Origin: an uncultured Ruminococcus sp.
GTDB lineage: Bacteria > Bacillota > Clostridia > Oscillospirales > CAG-272
Assembly: GCA_902795355.1 (NCBI GenBank)
Contig: CADBKZ010000002.1
Coordinates: 62,236 to 126,235 of the forward strand
Direction: 5' to 3'
DNA: 64,000 nucleotides
Shown: positions 48,217 through 58,250 of the stretch, piece after piece
Position numbering within the stretch: position 1 is the first letter of the stretch
How the letters are laid out: the number at the start of each line of letters is the position of its first letter
The notes under the pieces: model-generated
The model's input: only the letters and a program-made list of their open reading frames with translations
Told to the model about the DNA's origin: nothing
Databases searched by the model: none
Translations under genes and position numbers: made by a program

Positions 48217-48284
48217 GCTCGGTCTCTTCAAAAACAACCGCAGTTTTTTTTACGTCCTGCGTCTGCTCTTTTCGGGGGAAGAGT

Positions 48285-48330
48285 TTGGGGAGGGGGCGCT
48301 TTTCTCGCGAGAAAAGCGCCCCCTCCCCAA
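48285..48330. repeat. REP-like terminator hairpin, copy C
   Basis: gagtTTGGGGAGGGGGCGCTTTTCTCGCGAGAAAAGCGCCCCCTCCCCAAggtctt. The ggtctt side faces the stop of the minus-strand gene at 48345. Confidence 0.85.
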
Positions 48331-48344
48331 GGTCTTGATCCCTA

Positions 48345-49280
48345 TTACCAATTGTCGTTTCCGTAGGGGTTATTATCGGTGCGCGGGTTGCCGTTAAAGG
48401 TTGCTCCGCTCCCGTTTCCGTTGTTTCCGCCGTTCTTTTTGGCCTTGCTGTTGCGAACGATGAAATAAATGGAAATGCCCGCGATGATCAGCAGGAACAC
48501 CAGCGCAACAATGCCCGCCACCGGCGTTTGATAGCCGAACACGTCCGCCGCGTCCTCGATCACGATCACCGTTTCAATGCCCGTATCGGCGGTAAATTGC
48601 GCGAGAGACGCGTCCAACAAATCCGAAAGCGAAAGTTCGGTTTTATTCACCACGCGCGATTCGCCTTCCACATGCGTTTCGTTACAGCTGAATGCCGAGG
48701 AAAGCCCCAGCCCCGCAATGGCGCCGTTCAGGTCGTCCATCGCGTCGGCGAGGTTCTGCCCGAGCGAATGGCTGTAATCGGCGGTGTTGATGTTTGCCTT
48801 GACGATCCTGCCGAACTGCGTGTTTTCATTCCCCATCATATTGCGGATCTGGCGGTTCAGGTGGTCGCCGACCCAAGCAATGCAATCGTACTCGCTGTTA
48901 TTTTCATAGGTCAGAACCACGATCAGCAGCTTGTCTTCATAGGCGCGCTCGCTTCCGAACGCGGCTTGGTACTGTTCATCGGCAAAGTCCTGAAAGGTTT
49001 GCTCGCTGTACGCAATGGTTTTCTGCCCGATGGTTCCCACGAGCGAGATCAGAATGGCGATGATCAGAATCGTCGTGATGATCAGCGCGATGATAGGGCC
49101 GAGAAACCAGCTCAAACACCCGCCGCCGTAATAGAAGCGCGGGCCGAAAAACCAAAAACCGCCCATGCGCGGGCCTCGCGGGCCTCGGGGTCCGCCGCCG
49201 TGAAAGCCGCCGCCACCGCCGCCGAAGCTACCCCCTCCGTGAAATCCTCCGCCGCTTGCTCCTCCTCCGGGTCCCGGCAT
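48345..49280 (-). CDS. Hypothetical two-TM membrane protein with Gly-rich N- and Asn/Gly-rich C-termini
   Basis: 311 aa, GAGAGGA RBS. MPGPGGGASGGGFHGGGSFGGGGGGFHGGG...; two TM helices flank a roughly 200-aa domain. Confidence 0.6.
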   Translation of the reverse strand: MPGPGGGASGGGFHGGGSFGGGGGGFHGGGPRGPRGPRMGGFWFFGPRFYYGGGCLSWFLGPIIALIITTILIIAILISLVGTIGQKTIAYSEQTFQDFADEQYQAAFGSERAYEDKLLIVVLTYENNSEYDCIAWVGDHLNRQIRNMMGNENTQFGRIVKANINTADYSHSLGQNLADAMDDLNGAIAGLGLSSAFSCNETHVEGESRVVNKTELSLSDLLDASLAQFTADTGIETVIVIEDAADVFGYQTPVAGIVALVFLLIIAGISIYFIVRNSKAKKNGGNNGNGSGATFNGNPRTDNNPYGNDNW

Positions 49281-49341
49281 ATCTGTTTCCTCTCTTTCCT
49301 GTTCGTTTGAAATGTTCGACGATAGAACCGCAAAATTAAAA

Positions 49342-50108
49342 TCATTTGGTCACGAACACCGCGGAAGTGATCGTAACAGGATAAACGGGCGAGGTGGCCA
49401 CCGCATCAATGGAACCGGCGGTTTGGCTCAATTCCACCTGCGTGATCGCGTCCACAACGTCCATTCCGTTCACCACATAGCCGAACGCGGCATAGTTGCC
49501 GTCGAGGTGGGACGCCGTTTGATGGATGATGAAGAATTGGCTTGACGCGGAATCGGGGCTATCCGCGCGCGCCATGGAAAAAGAACGCCCCGCACATGCT
49601 GCAGGTTGTTCTCGAACCCGTTGGAAGCAAACTCGCCCGCAATTTTCGCCGCGTCGCCGCTCCCGCCTTGGATCATAAACCCGGGGTAAACGCGGTGGAA
49701 CACCGTTCCGTTATAATATCCGCTCGCCACCAAGGATTGGAAGTTTTTGACCGTTTTCGGCGCGACCTTCGGGAACAAACGGACGTAAATATCCCCGTTT
49801 TTCTCGGTCCCGTCGGCCGCGGTGTAGCTGACCGAAAGGCGGACATAGTTCGTTTTCTTGGATGTTTCGGTAAACGCCGAAGCGTCCGCAACGTCGGAAA
49901 GGTCGATCTGCGACATTTTCGGCGTCTGATTCGCCACGGTTGCGATGATAACGGCGAGAACGGCGACCAGCATCATGCCCACGACCACTCCGACCGCAAT
50001 GCCGGTGGTCCGGTTCTGTTTCCGCTTTTTGTTCCGTTCCTCTTCCTCGCGGCGGCGGCGGATCTCCCGCAGCTGCTCCGCCTCTTTGGCTCTCGACTGT
50101 TTTCCCAT
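49342..50108 (-). pseudogene. Membrane-anchored cyclophilin-type peptidyl-prolyl isomerase, interrupted by a frameshift at an A5/T5 run
   Basis: ORF 49470..50108 carries [13 protein letters not shown]...HVRGVL. ORF 49342..49575, in another frame, continues [42 protein letters not shown]. The junction is at the homopolymer 49578-49582. Confidence 0.8.
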
Positions 50109-50155
50109 GTGTTCTCCCCCTGTTCAGGACGGTTTTGGCAGTTCAATCGTCCTTT

Positions 50156-50184
50156 ATTGTATCAAAAAACGCTCCTCTTGTCAA
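50156..50184 (-). promoter_or_regulatory. Promoter TTGACA-17-TACAAT (minus strand) for the cyclophilin gene
   Basis: Plus strand shows attgta (50156-50161) and tgtcaa (50179-50184). Confidence 0.65.
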
Positions 50185-50268
50185 GTTTTTCCCGAAAATT
50201 GAGAAATAATTTACAAATCCCGCGGATAAAATGAAACAGAACCTTTTTTCGGCGAGGGGGCGACCGGT

Positions 50269-51315
50269 ATGAAACCGAACATCCGATGGACAAAATGGGC
50301 GTCCATAGCGATCTGCGCGGGCGCGGCATGGGTCTTTCTGCGGTACGCGGCGGCCGCGGTGTTTGCGGCCCTGCTGCCGTTTCTCCTTTCCGCCGCGTTG
50401 GCGGTTTCGGTTGCGCCGCTCGCCCGAAAGCTCTCGCGCGTGTTCCATGTTCGGGAGCGCGTTTGCGCCGTCGTCCTGTTTTTTCTTTGCATTGCGGCGG
50501 TATTGCTGATCGGCGGGTTTGCGGCGGCTCGGCTGCTGCGCGAGGCGCAGGAGCTGGTCGCCCGCCTGCTTGCGGACGTGCGGTCGCCCTCTTCCGCGCT
50601 CTCGGACGCCATTGACGCCCTGCGCCTGCCCGAGGGCGAGGACGGCGAGGCGTTTCGGGCGCACCTGAAAGCCATGGTGAACGACCTTGCGAAAAACCTG
50701 CTCGGCTCGCTTGCCGCGCGGTTGCCCCAATGGGCGGCAAAGCTCGCCTCAGGCATTCCGGCGGCCATTCTGTTTGCGGTTGTCACCGTTCTGGCGGGGA
50801 TCCGTTTCTGCCTTGGCGGCGTGGCTTTTCCCGCTTTTTTGCCGGAGCGCGTCCGCTCCGCGCTGTTCGCCCGTAAACCGGCGTTCGCGGCCTTTGCGCG
50901 CAGATACCTGCGCGCCTATTTCCTGCTCTTTTCCATCACCTTTCTGCAATTGCTGGTCGGCTTTCTGATCCTCGGGCTGGATTTTGCCGTTCTGCCCGCG
51001 CTGCTGATTGCGGCGGTGGATATTCTGCCCGTTCTCGGGGTTGGAACCGTCCTGCTCCCGTGGGCGGCGGTGGAATTGCTCTGCCGCCGGTTCTACCTCG
51101 GATTCGGGCTGATCATTCTTTGGTTTGCGATTACAGTGGCGCGGCAGATCGCGGAGCCGCACCTGATTGGAAAAAGCCTCGGCGTTTCCCCGCTTCTCTC
51201 GCTTGCGGCAAGCTACATCGGCTGGCGGCTCGCGGGAGTTACGGGGCTGCTGCTCGGCCCGATTTCGGCGTTCGCAATTCAGGCGGCGGCGTTCCGAAAA
51301 GAACCGACCAAATGA
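50269..51315 (+). CDS. AI-2E family transporter (YtvI-like integral membrane protein)
   Basis: 348 aa, about eight TM helices. General resemblance to PerM/YtvI family proteins. Confidence 0.65.
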   Translation: MKPNIRWTKWASIAICAGAAWVFLRYAAAAVFAALLPFLLSAALAVSVAPLARKLSRVFHVRERVCAVVLFFLCIAAVLLIGGFAAARLLREAQELVARLLADVRSPSSALSDAIDALRLPEGEDGEAFRAHLKAMVNDLAKNLLGSLAARLPQWAAKLASGIPAAILFAVVTVLAGIRFCLGGVAFPAFLPERVRSALFARKPAFAAFARRYLRAYFLLFSITFLQLLVGFLILGLDFAVLPALLIAAVDILPVLGVGTVLLPWAAVELLCRRFYLGFGLIILWFAITVARQIAEPHLIGKSLGVSPLLSLAASYIGWRLAGVTGLLLGPISAFAIQAAAFRKEPTK

Positions 51316-51508
51316 GAAACAAGCGAAAAATCGGCAAAAACAGTTGCAATTCGGGGCCGGATGTGTTATAATATACAATGTGAAGTTTTGCGCTTTTCCG
51401 AAAAAGCGCGAAACCGGATTGAAAATACCGTGGATGCGCCGTTTCCATTCGGGCGCAAACGCGATCGAAATAGAGAAAAACGGTCGTTCAAAAAAGGAGT
51501 TCACCCCA

Positions 51509-52384
51509 TTGAAAGAAAAATTGAAAAAAGCGTTCGCGCCCGTGGTTGCCTACTACCGCGATCTGCGCCCGCGCAACATTACCTCGAAAAAATACAACCA
51601 CCTGCTGCTCCTGCTCTTCTGGGCGGTGTTCGGGTTCATGTTCCTCGCCGTGGAACGCCTGTTCCCCGTCTGGTTTCCCACCCGCTACGGCATTGACGCC
51701 TATTATTCGGTCGTCTGCGCCGCGGACGCTTACATTCCGTTTCACGAATCGTTCGTGATCCCCTACTACTATTGGTTCGCTTTTCTGGCCGTTCCCGCGT
51801 TCTATTTCGGCCTTTGGGAACCCCGCGCGTTCCGCGATTTTCAATGGGGGATCATCCTAACCTACACGGCGGCCATGGTAATCTATATCATCTGGCCGAC
51901 CAAGCAGGATCTGCGCCCCGAGGTTTTCCCGCGGGACAACCTGTTGACCACGATTGCGAAAAACCTCTACGATTTTGACACCAACACCAACGTTTGCCCG
52001 TCCATTCACGTGCTCGGGTCTCTCGCGGTGATGTTCGCGGGGCTTCACAGCCGGACCCTGCGCGGGTGGGGCTGGAAGCTGGTCTTTATTCTCTCCACGG
52101 TGTGGATCAGCATGTCCACCGTATTTCTCAAACAGCATTCGCTTCTGGATGTAATCGCCGCGTTCGGCGTCGGGTTGGTCTGCTACGCGATCCAATTCCG
52201 GCTTTACCCCGTTCTGGAACGGCGTTGGCTGGCCCGCCGCGCGAAAAAAGACGGGATGGAGCGCGCCGCCGTTTCCGAAGCTCCCGCCGCGGTGATTACG
52301 GCCGAGGCGGCCGCAATTGAAACGTCCGCGGCCGAGCCGGAAAGCGACGCCCCCCGCTCCGACGGAAAATCGGAAGGAGACTGA
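51509..52384 (+). CDS. PAP2 superfamily phosphatase (membrane)
   Basis: TTG start after AAGGAG RBS, 291 aa. PSIHV ... KQHSLLDV resembles PAP2 C2/C3 motifs. Ala/Glu-rich tail. Confidence 0.6.
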   Translation: MKEKLKKAFAPVVAYYRDLRPRNITSKKYNHLLLLLFWAVFGFMFLAVERLFPVWFPTRYGIDAYYSVVCAADAYIPFHESFVIPYYYWFAFLAVPAFYFGLWEPRAFRDFQWGIILTYTAAMVIYIIWPTKQDLRPEVFPRDNLLTTIAKNLYDFDTNTNVCPSIHVLGSLAVMFAGLHSRTLRGWGWKLVFILSTVWISMSTVFLKQHSLLDVIAAFGVGLVCYAIQFRLYPVLERRWLARRAKKDGMERAAVSEAPAAVITAEAAAIETSAAEPESDAPRSDGKSEGD

Positions 52385-52386
52385 CA

Positions 52387-52938
52387 ATGCCTTTGTGGTT
52401 GTCTTTCTGCGTCAGCGTGGCCTGCATTGCGGGAGGCGGGATCCTCGCCAACTTCATCGGCGAGGCGCTTCCGCGCTCGTGGTTCCGCGCCGATCGCTTC
52501 CCGTTCCGCACGCGCAAATGGGAACGGAACGGAAAAATTTACGAAAAGGTCGGGGTTCATCGCTGGAAAGACCGCGTTCCCGACATGAGCCGCGTGCGGA
52601 AAAAGAAAATGGTGTCCAAACACCTCGGCAAATGCCCGACGGCCGACGGCGTTCGGACGCTTGCGCTCGAAACCTGCCGCGCCGAGGCGGTACACGCCGC
52701 GCTCTGCCTGCTTTCCGTTGGGCTGATCTTCCTTTGGGACAACCGCTGGCTCGGCGCGGGCGTGGTGGTAATCTACGTGCTTTGCAATCTCCCGTTTATC
52801 ATCATCCAGCGGTATAACCGCCCCGCGCTGCTCGGCCTGGAAGAACGGTTGCGCCGCCGGGAAGCCCGAAAAGCGTTGCTTCGCCAAGCAAGAGAGGAGG
52901 CGACCCTGACCGATGAAAGTCCTGATCCTGTCCGCTGA
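52387..52938 (+). CDS. Small membrane acyltransferase-like protein (glycosyl-4,4'-diaponeurosporenoate acyltransferase family appearance)
   Basis: 183 aa. FRTRKWERNGKIYEKVGVHRWKDRVPD and NLPFIIIQRYNRP blocks recalled from that family. Confidence 0.5.
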   Translation: MPLWLSFCVSVACIAGGGILANFIGEALPRSWFRADRFPFRTRKWERNGKIYEKVGVHRWKDRVPDMSRVRKKKMVSKHLGKCPTADGVRTLALETCRAEAVHAALCLLSVGLIFLWDNRWLGAGVVVIYVLCNLPFIIIQRYNRPALLGLEERLRRREARKALLRQAREEATLTDESPDPVR

Positions 52939-54034
52939 CGCGGGCAAAACCGCAAATTCCGCCGCGGAAGCCGTTTCGGAACAGCTTGCCAGAATGAACC
53001 ACGAGGCCGACCTGATCGACGCGCTGATTATGGTTCCCGAAAACGGCGACATTCTTTCCCATTGGAGCACGTCCCGCGCCTACCACAACCTTTCGCGCCG
53101 CGCGGGGCGATCCTACCTTTCCGAGGAGCGGCACGCCGCGCGCACGCTCTACAAGCTCTGCGCCCTCGGGGCCGACGCGCTTCACAGCGCGCTGGAACAG
53201 GGGCAATATCAGGCGGTGCTCTGCGTTCATGTGTTCTCCTGCATGATGATGACCGCCGTTCGTAAAAAATACGGAAAAACGCCGCCGTTCTATTTCATCG
53301 CCACCGACTACGCCTGCGCCCCGGGGGTTTCCGAACTGAACGCCGACGGCTATTTCATCCCGCACCGGATGCTCTTTGCCGATTTCATCCGCTGCGGCTT
53401 CCCGGCCGATAAGCTCTACGCAACCGGCATTCCCGTTCGCCCCCGCTTTTACGCCGCCGGACCCGAAAAAACCGAACTGCGCCGCGAACTGCAATTGCCC
53501 GAAGAGGGTCGCATGGTTCTTTTGCGCGCGGGAAATCTGCAAGGCAAACACACCGCGCGGCGCGTTCTCTCGCTCCTGCGCGCCTTGCCGAAGGATGTTT
53601 TTCTGGTGGTGCACTGCGGCAAAAACGAGAAACTCCTGCACCAATTGCAGGCCGCGCCGAGAGACCGCCTGATCGCCCTTGGGTTCCATGCGGAACCCGA
53701 AAAATACCTTTTCGCCGCCGACCTCTGCGTTGCGCGGCCGCGCGGCGTTGCCTGCGCCGAAACCTTGGTTTGCGGCCTGCCGCTCGTGCTCTTTCGCGAA
53801 ACGCGCGGCGTGGAAGCGAAGAGCTTTGAATTTCTGCTCCATTGCGGCGTTGCCGAGGGGTCTTGGAGCTGGCGCGACGTAATTCAGTCCACCGTCCTGC
53901 TCCTGACCGACGCGGCCTCGCGCGAACGCCTCGCGGAAGCGACCCGCGCGTTCCTGCCGGCGAACGCCTCCGAACAAATCTGCAAAATCATCGGCCGCAT
54001 CAAGCCGGCCGCATCGGGAGGTACCCCTTCATGA
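52913..54034 (+). CDS. MGDG-synthase-like (GT28) diacylglycerol glycosyltransferase
   Basis: 373 aa. MKVLILSADAG..., N-terminal MGDG_synth-like half and C-terminal GT-B half. Confidence 0.65.
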   Translation: MKVLILSADAGKTANSAAEAVSEQLARMNHEADLIDALIMVPENGDILSHWSTSRAYHNLSRRAGRSYLSEERHAARTLYKLCALGADALHSALEQGQYQAVLCVHVFSCMMMTAVRKKYGKTPPFYFIATDYACAPGVSELNADGYFIPHRMLFADFIRCGFPADKLYATGIPVRPRFYAAGPEKTELRRELQLPEEGRMVLLRAGNLQGKHTARRVLSLLRALPKDVFLVVHCGKNEKLLHQLQAAPRDRLIALGFHAEPEKYLFAADLCVARPRGVACAETLVCGLPLVLFRETRGVEAKSFEFLLHCGVAEGSWSWRDVIQSTVLLLTDAASRERLAEATRAFLPANASEQICKIIGRIKPAASGGTPS

Positions 54035-56364
54035 AACGAATCCTGCTATTCCTTCTCGCCGCCGCGCTTGTCCTTTCGTTCTCTTCCTGTTCCCTGCTCG
54101 GGTTCGGCTCTTCAAAAATAGGGTTCGGCTCCCAAACCGTGCAGACCGAAAAGAACGACGAAAAGAACGAACCCACCTACACCATTACCTACGATCTCGG
54201 GGACGGCACGTCCAACAAAGTGACCTACCGCTCTTCCGACCCCGACTACGCCCCCGAAGACCCGACCCGCGCCGGCTACCGCTTCCGCTATTGGACGCTG
54301 GACGGCAAGGACGGCCAATACAACGGCGTGGTAAAATCGGGTTCCTCGGGCGACATTACGTTCCATGCCGTTTGGGAGCTTGTTACCTACTCGCTGACCT
54401 ATGAAAACGCGGGGGACAGCCACGGCAACCCCGCCGCTTACACGGTGGAAAGCGACCCCGTTACCTTGGCCGAGCCGACCAAAACCGGCTACTATTTCCT
54501 CGGCTGGCAGCTCGACGACGGTCAACTGCAAAAGGAAGTGACCATTCCCAAAGGCTCCACGGGCGACCGCGTATTCCGCGCCGTTTGGAGCGCGACGCCG
54601 TTTTCATTCGCGGTGAAAACGGATGTTGAGGGAGCCGCCGTTACCGCGAGCATTGCGGGCAATCTGCTGAAAACCGATACGCCCATTCGCGTTTCCGCCG
54701 CGGTTTACGCGGGCAACAAGCAGTTCTCCCATTGGGAAGCCAACGGAACAAAGGTTTCGGAGTCCGCGCTCTACACCTTCCCCATGCCCGCGAAGAACCT
54801 CGAACTCAAAGCGATTTACCGCGACCTCTCTTGGCTCTCCTACGATATGGCCTCGGGAACGGGGCTGACGGTTTCCAATCTGCTTTCCGCCGCGCCCACC
54901 CGCTTTCTCGGCGCGGGGATCTCCCCCGACGACTATACCCTGACCGCGACCGGCGTAACCATTTCGGCCGCTTTCCTGCAAACGCTCGTTACAGGCGATT
55001 ACCGTTTCTATATCGCCTCGCTTTCCGGAAGCACGGTCACACAGGAGCGCGTCTTTACCCTGCGGGTTGTCGATAACCGCTCGAGCCTTCCGTTCACAGA
55101 CCCCGCTTCCTACACCGGAAACGCCAAAACCTATTATGAAAAGCCGACGTTTGATTACGGCGGAAAAACCTACCATCGCGTTGCCACAACAGAGGAAGAA
55201 TTCCGCGCCATGGTGGAATACTTTGTGCTGGTGGACGGCGTTCTCCAAATGCAGCGCGACAACGACAAAACCAAGGAATACAGCTTTGATTTTTACCTGT
55301 TCGGCGATCTGGAAACCTTCTCCAAACACGTAACCGACATTTCCTTCCCCATGCACCCCGCCATTTCCTACAAATCGAGCAAGCTCACCTCGGAAGAGGG
55401 CGCGACGATTACCCTTACGGTTAAGTATCAGGACGGGTTGAACAGCGTTACAAGCCCGCAGGCCAAGGACCCGATCGGCGACCGCCAGAAGCTCCTGACC
55501 GCCGCGGGTCGCGCCGCCGACTTCAACAGCTTCCCCATTGACGCGCTGACCCCGACCGCTCCGGTGCGGACGCTCTACGAGCTGGAAGTTCTTCCCTACG
55601 GCTTCAAACCCGCGTTTGCGGCGTCCGCCGCCGACGCGGAAACCGTTTACAACGCCGCGCGGGCGATTCTGCGCGCGATTGTGGACGACGGGATGGACGA
55701 CTACGCCAAGGTTGCCGCCATTTACGCGTGGCTCGGCGAAAACGTGACCTACGACCAAGCGGCGTTCTCCGCCTCGGATTCTTCCTACGCGGCCTACACC
55801 TTAAAAGGCGCGCTGATCGACCGCGTTGCGGTTTGCGACGGCTATGCCAGCGCGTTCCGCCTGCTCTGCCAGATTGAGGGGATCCATGCCGAAGAGGTAA
55901 CGGGCCTCTGCTTGCAGCAAGGCAACCTTTCGGGGCATGCTTGGAGCAAGGTTTGGATCGGCGGCGCGGTTTACGGCGTGGACAGCACATGGGCGCGCCC
56001 GCTCGGCTCGGATTTTGTGACCATGAAGTACCTCTTTATGGATGAAGCCGCCCTGCTTGCCACCCAGCATTACGAAAACGAGACCATCGACAGCAAAACA
56101 GGCAACATAACCCCCATTCGCGTTATAACGCTGGCCGACGCGAGCATTCCGCTCTACCGCGCAACCGTAATTACCCAATCGGGGTATGATTATACCGTGG
56201 AAACCAAAACGGAGTTCGACGCGCTGGTACTCTATCTCCAAACGAACAACATCGGCGCGGCCGAATTTGTTCTGGCAAACAGCGACCTGACGCTTTACAG
56301 CACCTCGGCATACACCGTTTATTCCACCAAAGGTTCCGACCTCTGCTTTATTGAATTTGAATAA
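54031..56364 (+). CDS. Lipoprotein with Listeria-Bacteroides (InlB B-type) repeats and a C-terminal transglutaminase-like cysteine protease domain
   Basis: MKRILLFLLAAALVLSFSSC lipobox. Repeats GYRFRYWTLDG and GYYFLGWQLDDG. C-terminal VCDGYASAFRLLCQ...GHAWSKVW...VDSTW (Cys-His-Asp core). Confidence 0.8.
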   Translation: MKRILLFLLAAALVLSFSSCSLLGFGSSKIGFGSQTVQTEKNDEKNEPTYTITYDLGDGTSNKVTYRSSDPDYAPEDPTRAGYRFRYWTLDGKDGQYNGVVKSGSSGDITFHAVWELVTYSLTYENAGDSHGNPAAYTVESDPVTLAEPTKTGYYFLGWQLDDGQLQKEVTIPKGSTGDRVFRAVWSATPFSFAVKTDVEGAAVTASIAGNLLKTDTPIRVSAAVYAGNKQFSHWEANGTKVSESALYTFPMPAKNLELKAIYRDLSWLSYDMASGTGLTVSNLLSAAPTRFLGAGISPDDYTLTATGVTISAAFLQTLVTGDYRFYIASLSGSTVTQERVFTLRVVDNRSSLPFTDPASYTGNAKTYYEKPTFDYGGKTYHRVATTEEEFRAMVEYFVLVDGVLQMQRDNDKTKEYSFDFYLFGDLETFSKHVTDISFPMHPAISYKSSKLTSEEGATITLTVKYQDGLNSVTSPQAKDPIGDRQKLLTAAGRAADFNSFPIDALTPTAPVRTLYELEVLPYGFKPAFAASAADAETVYNAARAILRAIVDDGMDDYAKVAAIYAWLGENVTYDQAAFSASDSSYAAYTLKGALIDRVAVCDGYASAFRLLCQIEGIHAEEVTGLCLQQGNLSGHAWSKVWIGGAVYGVDSTWARPLGSDFVTMKYLFMDEAALLATQHYENETIDSKTGNITPIRVITLADASIPLYRATVITQSGYDYTVETKTEFDALVLYLQTNNIGAAEFVLANSDLTLYSTSAYTVYSTKGSDLCFIEFE

Positions 56365-56384
56365 CGGCCGATTCCGGCGTAAAG

Positions 56385-56424
56385 AAACGGCAGCGGCTCC
56401 CCGCTCGGGGAGCCGCTGCCGTTT
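56385..56424. terminator. Bidirectional terminator between convergent lipoprotein genes
   Basis: aaacggcagcggctcccc gctc ggggagccgctgccgttt, an 18-bp perfect stem. Confidence 0.8.
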
Positions 56425-56451
56425 CAATTCGGCTTTTTCGGCCGATCCGCC

Positions 56452-58092
56452 TTAATACGAAATGTGATAATACGCGAAAGCGGAAGTTTGGGAATCCAAT
56501 CCGCCGTAGAGCGCGTAATCCTCGCCGGAAGTCAGTTCCGCAAGCGGAATCACGCGGTCGAGCGTCAGAATCAGGTCGCCGCGGTCGTTGTAGTATTTCA
56601 CAACGGGTTTGAGCAACTCGGTGGTATCCGAAATCATATAAATACCGTCGAGGAGCCTGCCATACGTGTGGTTGGCGGTTTCGGTCCCCGTAATCAGCGG
56701 GGTAACGGTTCCGTCCGCCCAGCGGAAATACTCGGTATCGCCGTTGCCGTTCTCCTTGGTGAGAATTGCGCAATGCTCAAACGCGTCCTCCAGATCGTAT
56801 CCGGCGGCTTCGTAGTCGTAAAGCTCTTTCAGATCGTAATCATAGAACTTGCCGCCCGCAATGATATAGGAATATTTCAGGTCGTCCGCGCCCGAAACCT
56901 CGCCAATGGTCTTGCCCTTTTCGTTCAGGAGCAGCACGCCGCCGTTGGCAAGCGGAACGCCGAAATAACCGGTGCGGATCTCCTCAAAGAACCCGCCGGC
57001 CTGTTGGTTGGCAACCGTGGCGTCCACGCGGCCGATCATCTTGCCGTTTCCGTCCAGAGCAACGATCATGCGGTCGGTCGCTCCGGTCAGCAGCCAGCCG
57101 TCCGAAATCGGGGAAATGAAGGCAAGGTTGCGGATCTTCTTGTTCAGCGAACCGTCGTCCTCCTCCGCGCCGTTCCCGAGGTCAACCCCGAGGGACGCGC
57201 CGAACGCCAGCACAAATTCGGAATCAATCTCTTTCCCATCGCCCGTTTTGGGGTCGATCAGCACGGTTTTCAAACGGTAGTTGTCGGTCCCGTCGTAATA
57301 GGTGACGTTTTCATCGGTGGGGAGCAACTGATAAGCGGACTGAAACAGAACTTTGCCGTTATTGAGCACCATGGATGCGGCGCTATCGGGCGCGCCTTCC
57401 ACCGAATACACGCTGACGAGCGAAAGATCCTTGTTATAGATATGAACGTTGTTGGTTGCGCCGCCCCACATGGGAGCCACGTTGAAGCAATAATAGTAAT
57501 CCGCGGTGGCCGCGCTGATGGCGGGGAGCGTTGCTTTCAGGGGCGAATAGGCGGTAATTTCGGTCAGCGTTGCGGTTGCGCTGTCGTCGCCGAGGCGGTA
57601 TGCCTTTTTGCCGAAGAACACAATGTCGAAATTGCGCGTTGCGGTTTCAAGGCCGTCCACGGAAGCGATCTCCTGACCCGCGGCATCATAGAGCGTGGTT
57701 TTCTGCGGCAGGGCGGAATCCGAGGTGTCGGTGGTCTGAACGGTGAAATACGCCGTTCTGCCGTCCGGCGCGTAGAGGTTTACGGTGGTGGAATCGAGCA
57801 GGCGCGTGGTTTTGAACACCACTTTGTTTTGCGCGGCGTTATAAACCGAGCAGCTCGTTCCAACCTTTGCGAGCAACACCAGCTCTCCCCGCGTGTTCTG
57901 AACGGTTCCTTCCAGCTCAACCGCTTCCATGGCGGCCGCGGCAGGCTCTTCGGCTGTGGATTTGTTGACGATCTCCTTGAACTTCAACGATTTGGCGTCG
58001 GTTCCGCCGGCTTTGGCTGTTCCGCAGGACGCCAACAACAGAACGGCGCAAAGGAAGATCGACAGGAGCGCGAGAGGTTTGAACTTTCTCAT
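56452..58092 (-). CDS. Hypothetical lipoprotein
   Basis: Start MRKFKPLALLSIFLCAVLLLASC (lipobox) after AGGAGG RBS, 546 aa. No family recognised. Confidence 0.7.
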   Translation of the reverse strand: MRKFKPLALLSIFLCAVLLLASCGTAKAGGTDAKSLKFKEIVNKSTAEEPAAAAMEAVELEGTVQNTRGELVLLAKVGTSCSVYNAAQNKVVFKTTRLLDSTTVNLYAPDGRTAYFTVQTTDTSDSALPQKTTLYDAAGQEIASVDGLETATRNFDIVFFGKKAYRLGDDSATATLTEITAYSPLKATLPAISAATADYYYCFNVAPMWGGATNNVHIYNKDLSLVSVYSVEGAPDSAASMVLNNGKVLFQSAYQLLPTDENVTYYDGTDNYRLKTVLIDPKTGDGKEIDSEFVLAFGASLGVDLGNGAEEDDGSLNKKIRNLAFISPISDGWLLTGATDRMIVALDGNGKMIGRVDATVANQQAGGFFEEIRTGYFGVPLANGGVLLLNEKGKTIGEVSGADDLKYSYIIAGGKFYDYDLKELYDYEAAGYDLEDAFEHCAILTKENGNGDTEYFRWADGTVTPLITGTETANHTYGRLLDGIYMISDTTELLKPVVKYYNDRGDLILTLDRVIPLAELTSGEDYALYGGLDSQTSAFAYYHISY

Positions 58093-58137
58093 GGGAAGTT
58101 CCTCCTTCAAATTTTTTGCGGCGTTGCCGCTGATGTC

Positions 58138-58166
58138 AGTTTATCATATTTTCCCCGAAATGTCAA
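58138..58166 (-). promoter_or_regulatory. Promoter TTGACA-17-TAAACT (minus strand)
   Basis: Plus strand shows agttta (58138-58143) and tgtcaa (58161-58166). Confidence 0.5.
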
Positions 58167-58250
58167 CCGAAAAACAGAAAATAAACGGAAAAGACCCCGA
58201 AAATCGACAAAAGCGGCGGTTTTTCCCTCTTTTTCCGCTTTTCGGGAGCA

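Noticed and set aside
46153-48340. Whether the hairpins flanking the AT-rich islet are terminal inverted repeats of a transposon
   Set aside because: The same hairpin family also follows the unrelated gene at 6080. In all cases it is oriented relative to the preceding gene's stop codon, so these are the gene-end elements of the two convergent flanking genes, not element termini. No transposase is present.
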